Part shown: positions 55,043 through 64,000 of the stretch, in pieces
Position numbering within the stretch: the stretch's first letter is position 1
Layout of the letters: each line of letters begins with the position of its first letter
DNA from: Eledone cirrhosa
Lineage: Eukaryota
Assembly: GCA_964016885.1 (NCBI GenBank)
Contig: OZ024740.1
Span: forward strand, 199,516,001 to 199,580,000
Length of the DNA stretch: 64,000 nt
Direction of reading: 5' to 3'
The notes under the pieces: generated by a model
What the model saw: only the letters and a program-made list of their open reading frames with translations
What the model was told of the DNA's origin: nothing
The model's database searches: none
Made by a program: the position numbers and the translations under genes

Positions 55043-57766
55043 GGAAACATTTGAACAGGGACAAAACAGAGAGGCAGTACAACAAATATTTATTTATTTC
55101 ACGCTCTGGAGAGTGGGGTGTTGGTGGGGGACGATGTTTCGGGCATAAGCCCTTCCTCAGGTGGGAAGTGTGTGGGAAAAGAGTTCAAAGGGTGTGTAGG
55201 GGAGTGGTGGAGAGACATATAGCGAAAGGAAACGGTGCGAATGAAAAAATAAAAAATAAAGATAAAAATAAAAATAAAGCAAGATCAAAATACAAGGAAT
55301 GAGATAAATTTAAAAATAAGGGCATGATCAAAATAAACTGAAATTAAAAGGGGGTTAAACAGGTGGTGGAAGGGTATGGGGTGTGTAGGGATGGTGGCGG
55401 GTGGAGTGGGGAGAGGGAGACGGGGTGTCCGAACGGGGAGGGCTGAAGGTGGTGTGTGTAGGTGTGCTTGTGTGTGTGTGTGTGTGTATGTGAAAGTAAG
55501 GGTTGGGGGAAGAACGGGGTTGCATGTTCAGGAAGAGGTGTGTGTGGGGGGAGTTTGTGGGTCGGAGTGTCTGTGCGTGTGTGGATAGAGGGGTGGGGGG
55601 AGAGGAATCAGGAGGCCGAGGGTGTAGATATGTGGTGGAAAGCACGTGTGTGGGGTTTAAGCGTGTTGTGGGTGTAGGTGGCGTGTGGAGAAAACAAATT
55701 TTTTGGGGTGTGTGTGTGGGTGAGTTATATAGGTGGTTACATAAGAGGATGGTTGAAAAGTTGGTAAATTCCGAAGATGTTTAGTGGATTGGTGGGTGGT
55801 CAATTTTTGCGTGTGGGTATTCCATGAAGCGATGGTCGGGAGAGGAGAGATGTGGGGTGCGCGCGCAACAGGAAGTGGTCAGCAGTGGGAGTGCTGTGGT
55901 CTGTTTGTGCTGGGAGGTGGTCAGAGGGCATAGAAGCAGTCGGTAGAATGGTAAAGGGGCGAGGATGGGTAGGTGTTAAAGTTGGAGTGAGAAGGGTGTG
56001 TGTGTGTGTGTATTAGTAGGGGTGTTAGTGGGATGAGTGAGTGTTGAGCGAGGGTGTGGGTGGAGCGGGAAGAGAAGGGTGTGTGTGGTTCTATGGAGGG
56101 AGTGTGGTGTACTGGTGTGTGTGTAGTTGGATGAAGAGGTGTTAGTGGGTGTTAGTATACGGGAGGTGGGGAGGGGTTGAATGCAGGTGTGAGTGGGGGT
56201 TAGTGGTGGTAGAGTGTGTAGAGTTGGTGGTGTACGAGTGTGTGTGGGTACGTGTGCGTGGGGTTGGGGGCTGTTAGTGATGTTAGTTGCGTGTGGGGTG
56301 GGTGGTGTAAGTGGGTGCGTGTGTTCGTGTGCTTGGGGTTAGGGGGTGTTAGTGAGGTTAGTTGCGGGGTGGTGGGATGTAGGTGTGGGGGTGAGGGTTA
56401 GTGGTGGTAGTAGGGTATGTGTTTAGTGTGAGCGCGTGTATATATGTGCAGGTGGGTGTGTGCGTGTGATAAGGAGGGGGGAGGAGGAGAAGAGTGGAGG
56501 GAAGGCATGTTAGTATGTTAGGTGGGGAAGGGTGGTCAGATGAGGGGTGGAGTGGAGGTGTTAGTATTGTTAGTTGTGGGGTGGGCGGTGAGAAGGAGGG
56601 GTGTGTTAGTGGTGTTAGTGGGGATAAGTGTGGGGGGAGGGGGGCGGTCGAAGGCTAAAGGAATGAGGGTGGGGAGTTCAGGCCGGGGGGAGTGTGGGTC
56701 TGTAAGATGAAGATAGTTCGTTGTTCGACCGTAAGGCGATTGGCGGGGGTTCCGTGGCACTGGGGTAGGCCACAGACTGTGAGATGGCGTGCGGAATGTC
56801 CAGGGCCACCAAAGTAGCGGGCGATGGGGGAACTGCCCCCGAGACGAATATCCCGGAGGTGCTCCGTGACTCGGTCCGCCAGGCGACGTCCCGTCTGTCC
56901 GACATAAGTCAGTAGACTAGGGTGGAGGAGGTGCAGCGGAAGGCATGCCGGACCGAGAGAGAGTGGCCGTTGGGACCCTGGAAGGTGGTGGTGTTGGTGA
57001 TGTGGGGACAGGTGTTGCAGCGGGTCGTAGAACAGGGAAAGGAACCGGGGGGGAACAGAGCGTGGGTTGGGGGTGGGCAGGTGGAGGGGTCGGACTGGAG
57101 GCGTCGGAAGAGGCGGCGGATGGTGCGGTGGAGGGGTGGTAGGCGATGGGGAAGGGGAGGCGGTGGGTGGGTGTGCGGTGGCGTGTGGTGACGGTGGTGG
57201 AGCGGGGGACAGCACGGGCGCGGGTGAGAGCGGTGTGGACGAGAGGGGGGGTAACCTCTGCGGATGAAATGGCTGACTAGGGAAAGGGCCTGGGACTCAA
57301 AGTCAGCATCATGGCTACAGAGGCGGCGGATCCTGAGAAGTTGGGAGTAGGGAATGGCGTGTTTAGTGTGGGTGGGGTGGGAAGAGGTGAAGTCGAGGTA
57401 AGAGTGGGAGTCGGTGGGTTTGAAGAAGGCGGAGGTGACGAGGGAGTGGTGGGAGGGGTCGAAGGCGACGGAGATGTTAAGAAATGAACGTGGGTGGTGG
57501 AGATAGAGGTGGTGAAGTGGAGGGAGGGGTGGAAGTAGCAGAAGAAGGAGAGAAAGGAGTCGAGCTGTTCTCGGGTGAGGGTCGTGGCTCCGATACAGTC
57601 GTCAATGTAACGACCGTACAGTTCGGGCGTGGGGCCGGTGTACTGGGCAAAGATTTGGGCCTCAACATGGCCAACAAAAAGGTTGGCATAGTTCGGGCCC
57701 ATTCTTGTACCCATGGCTACCCCCGTGACCTGTTGGTAAAACTCACCCGAGAAGGAGAAACAATGT
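55040..57766 (-). mobile_element. PLE-5: 5'-truncated GC-rich Penelope-like element (RT core, thumb, GIY-YIG, GT-rich UTR, HHR)
   Basis: GVAMGTRMGPNYANLFVG, YGRYIDD, HFTTSIS, YVGQTGRRLADRVTEHLRDIR, EQRTIFILQTHTPPGLN. Confidence 0.88.
55131..55162 (-). ncRNA. Hammerhead motif in the PLE-5 pLTR; stem I interrupted by an insertion
   Basis: rc: AC-CTGAGGA-a-GGGC-ttat-GCCC-GAAA-ca-TC-GT; the tttcac seen in the 23874 copy lies at 55097-55102, beyond a G-rich insert. Confidence 0.55.
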
Positions 57767-57769
57767 AAA

Positions 57770-58640
57770 ATATTTAAAATATTGAAAACATATAAATATT
57801 CATATTAACACAGTTAATTTAATTACTTACACTAAATATAAATATAAACCACTATCCCTCATAAATTATTAAAATAATTATCTATAACAGAATATACCCA
57901 TATATCCACTCATATATCCATTCCTCTATTCATATATCTATTATTTTATCTATATTTTTCTAACTATTTTCTACATATATCTATTCACTCTCAATCTATT
58001 TTTCAATATATATTATTATATTTTCAATATATATTCTTATATATATATTTATTTTTCTATATATCTATTTTTTCTATATATATTTTTTCTTTTTACCTAT
58101 CAAACTTAATATGATATTGTATTATATTTGAAATCTAACAACAAAATAATTACTAAATATACGTAATTTTAATATCCATTTAAGACTTATTTACGTTATA
58201 TGAGTTCATCCTCTGTTAAATTTCTCTGTTCTCTCTATTTCTCTATATATCTCATAACAGTAATTTTTTCGCTCTCTATTTCTTCTCATCCACCCCCAGC
58301 GTAATTTAAATAAACAGTTTTTTTTTTCAATTTTTCATACATTCATTTGCATATTCACACATAACTTTTAATTACCCCTAATAAATTTCCACTATCCAGC
58401 GAATCTTCGGATCGTTAAGGTGTGATTTCCATGGGTATGTAATATTTTATAAAACAAATTTTGTATTTTATCTGATGAAAGCGCACCAAGATTTGCTTGG
58501 TAGCCCTTAATATATATAATTAAATAAATAAGGTTGTATAAATATACTTTCCATGTATTATTATCTTGGAATATTTACTCCTGTAACTTGTTAAGCGCTC
58601 TATATCAATTATAAACATTTATGTTTGTCGGAATTCCAAC
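57770..58640 (+). mobile_element. AT-rich PLE 3' UTR/pLTR remnant with decayed HHR (58464-58526)
   Basis: TATTTTAT-CTGATGA...accaag/cttggt stem, GAAA lost; same stem I as 12253 and 23458. Confidence 0.5.
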
Positions 58641-58713
58641 AAATTAAATACAACTCCTACACACACACACATATATATGTATATATATATATATATATAG
58701 ATATGTATATATG

Positions 58714-58745
<32 letters not shown>

Positions 58746-58756
58746 TATATGTATAC

Positions 58757-58823
<67 letters not shown>

Positions 58824-58850
58824 CATATAGATATACACATATATATATAC

Positions 58851-58885
<35 letters not shown>

Positions 58886-58886
58886 C

Positions 58887-58964
<78 letters not shown>

Positions 58965-59769
58965 AGATACATTTAGCTGTATTTTTTTAATGTTATGTCA
59001 ACCGCAATGAGAACACTAAGTATTTAATCTTACCAAAAATATAAGCAGTTCGGAATTTAGAGTTTTTAGACTTGTAGAGGATTAATATCTACTTTGTATT
59101 TTCATAATCATTTCATGTTTATATTCTAAGGTTTTAAAGATATTTATTAAACACTGTACATGCTTTAAAAAAAAAACTCGAAATGATCTGATCATCAGAT
59201 CGGTTTTTAGTAGTTTTTAGTATTGACCTTTCTATTCCTGTAACTATTATCCAGTAACAATTCCTAGTGGAACGAAACACATTTCAGGATGCAGGAATTC
59301 AGATCACATACCGAGAAATGATCGCCTTTGGGTGGTACTTCTCGGTCACGTAATGATGAAATGCAAAGATATGTCTCGTAGAATTTAAACCTGGAATGCA
59401 GTGAGCCATAAAACGTAACCAAGAATTGATTCCGACCACGTAACGATACTGACCATTCTCTGCCTATATGTGTTCGCCCATATTGAGTACCAACTGAAAG
59501 CGCGGTAAAGGTGAGTCTTTCCTTGATAAGGACCATTAACCAGAAAGAGGTGTCGGTAATTTCCCCCTTGCTTCTGTTGGAACTCGCTAGGTGTCACCCC
59601 GCCACTAATATGCAGATGTTATAGCTATAGGCTTCCAAATGTTTGTTGGTAATACTTCCGGTATATCATTCGATATAGAAAATATATATACTTATATGTA
59701 TACAGCTAGTTTGGAGCGACTACCCTTATATATATATATATATATATATATATTAACATAACAGATTAA

Positions 59770-59820
59770 AGTTTAAGCAAAGAATCGCTGCTTTCACCCT
59801 TAACGGGATCTTCTGAAACT
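59770..59820 (-). ncRNA. Hammerhead fold with U4A core in the PLE-6 3' pLTR
   Basis: Same motif as 38603-38653. Confidence 0.6.
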
Positions 59821-60709
59821 AAAAAAGTCAATCTGTGAACGCAGAAGTAAATATTTCAAAAAACCGAAGGAAGACAGGAAGACGATACTTTGGTTCGTGG
59901 AAACGTTCCCTGACAAAAGAACGGGAAAAAAACGAAGATAATACGTCATTATTTGGAACGTTGAGAACAATTACACGCAAAGACAAAACCACGTAAATGG
60001 TATAACTGAAGTCTTAGACTAAAATTCTACTTAGGAAACCGAATGATTCTCGGTTTCAGAGTTAATAATAAAGTAAATAAAATACAGAGGTAAATGAAAT
60101 TAAATGTAAACATACACGCATCCATATACGTACATACACAAGCATACGCGAAAACACTCGCCATGAGTATGCAAATACAAGCCCGTACACAAAAATACAC
60201 GCACGCACATACAGAACCCACGCAACGCCTGTACCCGCACACATACGAACGTATACACCAAATACACATAAACATATATATAACAAAATTATATATATAT
60301 GTGTGTGTGTTTGCGTATATACTTATAATTAAATAAACATATATAAATATACACATATAAATAAGTATATAACGCGCGCACACACATACCTACATGTAAA
60401 TACACATATGTTCGCAGACACATGTCAACCAAAACACAAAGTACACATATACACACACCCTACATACGTACGAACCCGCATACTCACACAGACACAAAAC
60501 TCACGTAACACATAACCAAGTGCACATGTACCAGTATATATAATATATACGCCATAACATATACAAGTAAATATACGTATGAGAAAGTATACGTACCTCC
60601 ACAAAACATACAGTTATTATATAGTTACCCATACAAATAAGTAATGCTATAAACATTATATATACTTAGCTACCACATCAAGACGTAAAATATCCGCGTA
60701 TAGTTCGTA

Positions 60710-62836
60710 TTATGCGTTAGGGTATAATGTGCGGCTGTAATACAGGAAAGTTTTGTGCAAATTATGTTTAAAAGCCGAAATTTCGTGAGATGTTTTGTTT
60801 AAGATGTGGTCTTTGGCGTAGAGTATTTCCAAGGCCACACGGGCGCAGAGGTCACATGGTCTTTTATTTCTGTTATACGATCTAGCCCTAGCTAGGATCT
60901 CCCAGTGTAACTTATATTGGGTGTGGTTGTCTTTTAGACTCCAGATATATGATGAAAGTGACGTCAGATTCCTTCTTAAAAGGTTAAGAAAAGAATGGGT
61001 ATGCATGTAAAGACGCTGCTTGAATATATTGGCGGTTAACCCTATGTAGGCCTTACGGGACGTGGGTGTTTCAACGTTACATTTGTAGACAATGTTACCA
61101 GAGAGGCATTTTCCGGATAGGAGCAGTCAACCCGATTCCTACAATTACAGTTAGTACTACCTACAGGGTTGCACATGTTCCTACGGCTAGGTAATTTATC
61201 TAAATTTGAAGCTGTGATGTTATGTGCAAGGTTAGGAGTCGTAAAGTAAGAAATTGTAATGGTATTTATATTAAACATTTTACTATATTTATGTGCTGGG
61301 GGGAAATGCTTCATAATAAGGGAGAGAAAGATCTTAGCTAATGGTGTGGCCACCTCCATATTATATAGGTGGGTTATACCATATAATGCGTCGGGATCTA
61401 TTTTTCTAGGTCTATTCTCGTACTCTGTATATGCTACCTTATCGACAAATCCACTCCGAGCAAGAGCTTCATTGTAATATGTGGAATGGTCGTTGAAAAT
61501 ATGCTAGTTTGTAGATAGACGGAAAAGCCTCAAAGAAACGTTTCTTACCAGGTTCTTGATTATTCTGGCAGGATGGTTAGAATGCTTACTTATGTAATTA
61601 AGCGTATCATTCGGCTTTCCATACGTGTAGTGCAAGCCATTCGACAAATTGAGGGTAATGTCGAGGTAATTAACGACCGAGAGGTTGGCCTCAACCTATA
61701 TGGAGAGGCTGAAGCCTTTAAAGAAGGATGTGAGTTCTTTTCTGAACCTGTCGCAAGCATGTGGGCCGCACTTTGTCATGGTCAAAGGTCGTTGTCACGG
61801 TACAAACCACCGCCCACGTTGGGGAATTCTTCCTTGATAGAGAAAAGAATGAAAAGGCCGATAAGATCAGTAATCTCCGCAGAATCGCTGGCGCCCATAC
61901 TCACGTCGAAAGGGGTACTATTAGATTTTTTTATCCAAATAGAGTTGTCAAAATTAATCACCGACTTACGGGCATTGAGGATGACATCAACTTCAAAATC
62001 CTTAACCAATGTGAGTGTTTTAGCGCAATTGATAGCTCTGAGAAGAAGTGGTAAACTGATGGAGGGGTAGTAATTATTGATGTCGAATTGGATAAAACAG
62101 CAATGTTCCTTATTGCATATGCCGTTGAACCAATTAATCACAGCGAAATAATCGTTCCACATTGCAAGAGGGGCCAACATCTAATTTCAGGTGTAATTCT
62201 ATCTAAAAGCCCTTTACTAAGTCTACCTAAATCGGACTTCATAGGGTTAATAAGCCGAATAGAGGGGTTGTACGGGAAATTCGATTTGTGATCCTTCAGG
62301 GTAAAGTGGGAAGAAATAGGGTCCAGAGGTTCAGTCCGGTCTAGGATGTTGTGATCAGAGGTGATTTTAAACACAGCATCGTTGATTTCATTAATGACGC
62401 GCCGATTAGTTTTATGGTAATCCTTAGTTACAGCATTATGTAGCAGTTGATGGTAGGTAATGCGCTCCACTTGATATAGACTGCTAGTTTTGTCGGAGTG
62501 GACGTGCGCAGCATTAGAATCCTTAATAGAACGAATTCTATTTTTCAGGTCCTGCTGGAAGGAATTGCTCCTATACCGAAATTTGATACTATGTATGAGC
62601 TCCAGGACATCATTTTCGAAGGGTAGCAATGTTAAGTTATTCGAAGGGTTATTATAGGTTTTAAACCCAAATTTATCCTGTTTGTTGTCTGCTTTTCCCT
62701 GATTATCGGAATAAAAGGCACGCTAACGCAACCTTTTAATGAACGCGTCTGTTTTCTTTATCAGGAGTTTTGGGTATGTTTTCCTTCTTGGTACTGGTAT
62801 GTTCTTTGTAGAAATATTCAGATGTTGTTTCTGCAT
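60710..62836 (-). pseudogene. PLE RT + GIY-YIG ORF (Nematis-like motif pattern), with frameshifts and stops
   Basis: MQKQHLNISTKNIPVP, SDKTSSLY, TLKDHKSNF..NPSIRLINP, FIQFDINNYYPSI, FDVSMGASDSAE, GLYRDND, CNCRNRVDC, YIWSLK, CDLC. Confidence 0.9.
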
Positions 62837-63585
62837 GATGAATATAAGTCAATAGCGCCATTGCGAGAGAACGTCTCCATGAACCACCTAATAGAATATT
62901 AGTCTACGACTTCATTTATATCATAAACGTGGTTTTGTCTTTGCGTGTAATTATTTTCACCGCTCCAAATAATGACGTATTATCTTCGTTTTTTTCCGTT
63001 CTTTGCCAGGGAACGTTTCCACGAACCAAAGTATCGTCTTCCTTCGGTTGCAACGTTTTTTGAAATATTCACTTCTGCGTTCACAGATTGACTTTTTTAG
63101 TTTCAGAAGATCCCGTTACGGGTGAAAACAGAGATTATTTGCCTAAACTTTGTTATTTTAATAAGTATTTGGTCTACGGTTCTTATATATTTTATATATA
63201 TTTATCCTTATCGAGCCCTCTTTGCATTTTAGTCTTCACATTTATTATTATTTCTCTCTCTATATATATATATGATTTAACGTCGTGATTTCGATTACTA
63301 GACAGAGCAGCGGAATGTGTTATTTGACAATGGCTTTTATATAATGTTACTCCGGTCGACTCTAATTTTAAGAATGCGTTGCTTCGCCACTAGTACTATG
63401 CTTAATAGACCTTTGCATTTTCTTTAATCAACATTGCTGGTGTACTGAGTAAGGAACTGTTATGAATGGACGAATGCTCGTCTTACAAAAATTATCATTC
63501 TAAGGCTTGTCACTTGAAACGGAGCTGGAGCTTGTCAGACATGACTAAAGGTATTTCATGCCATGCCATGTCATGTATTTAAGTG

Positions 63586-63633
<48 letters not shown>

Positions 63634-64000
63634 AGAAAGAGAGAGAGAGGGCGAGGGAGAGAGAGAGACAGACAGAGAGAAGGATAGTGTCTCTACAAAT
63701 TTTAGCGAAAATAATTCTATATAACGACATGCACGGATACGTGATGGGTTCACGATGATAAGATTGTGGTTTCTAGACACAGCCACTTCATGTCAGGTTG
63801 TTTCAATTAAGACAGTTAAAAATTAGTACCAGCAGCATATGAGTGTTAATCTTGCAGCAGACTAGCGCATCATCGAAACATAGAATCCATCCTATTAATT
63901 GTTCATCTAACTCAGTTGCACATTACAAATATAAGCTGCTAGTTTGTCTTACGAGCCCGATTGAAGTCATTTTGTGATCTCATTGGTTGCTGGAAAGAGC

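Larger units (their letters stand above)
59757..63255 (-). mobile_element. PLE-6: Penelope-like element with full-extent ORF, 3' pLTR (59757-60560) and inverted 5' pLTR (62864-63255)
   Basis: RT + GIY-YIG; pLTRs in opposite orientation, each with the U4A HHR (59770-59820 minus, 63099-63149 plus); flanked by (TA)n. Confidence 0.9.

Overview
AT-rich, microsatellite-saturated eukaryotic DNA with no recognisable host gene. The (TA)n density and the dominant SINE suggest a cephalopod (octopus-like) genome, which is an inference. Most ORFs in the track are (TA)n/(CA)n artefacts. The real coding remnants all belong to decayed retroelements: six Penelope-like elements (PLEs; RT and/or C-terminal GIY-YIG endonuclease), one Tx1/L1-clade ORF2 (APE + RT), RTE-clade pieces (one 5'-inverted), a CR1/L2-like fragment and a CRE-type restriction-like endonuclease 3' end. 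There are also about ten tRNA-derived SINE copies. The most striking hidden layer is RNA structure. Reading both strands by eye gives about 26 complete or degenerate type I hammerhead-ribozyme (HHR) folds plus 3 half motifs, about one per 2.5 kb. They lie in PLE pseudo-LTRs (pLTRs), in ORF-less fold-back pLTR palindromes, and in tiny solo cassettes inside (TA)n tracts. Several families carry non-consensus catalytic cores shared by all their copies here (U4A; U3-A8 with A13C; U4C), and one motif has no stem II. Two RTE-like 5' ends also carry a possible degenerate HDV-like ribozyme. All folds were assigned by eye, element boundaries are approximate, and activity is untested.
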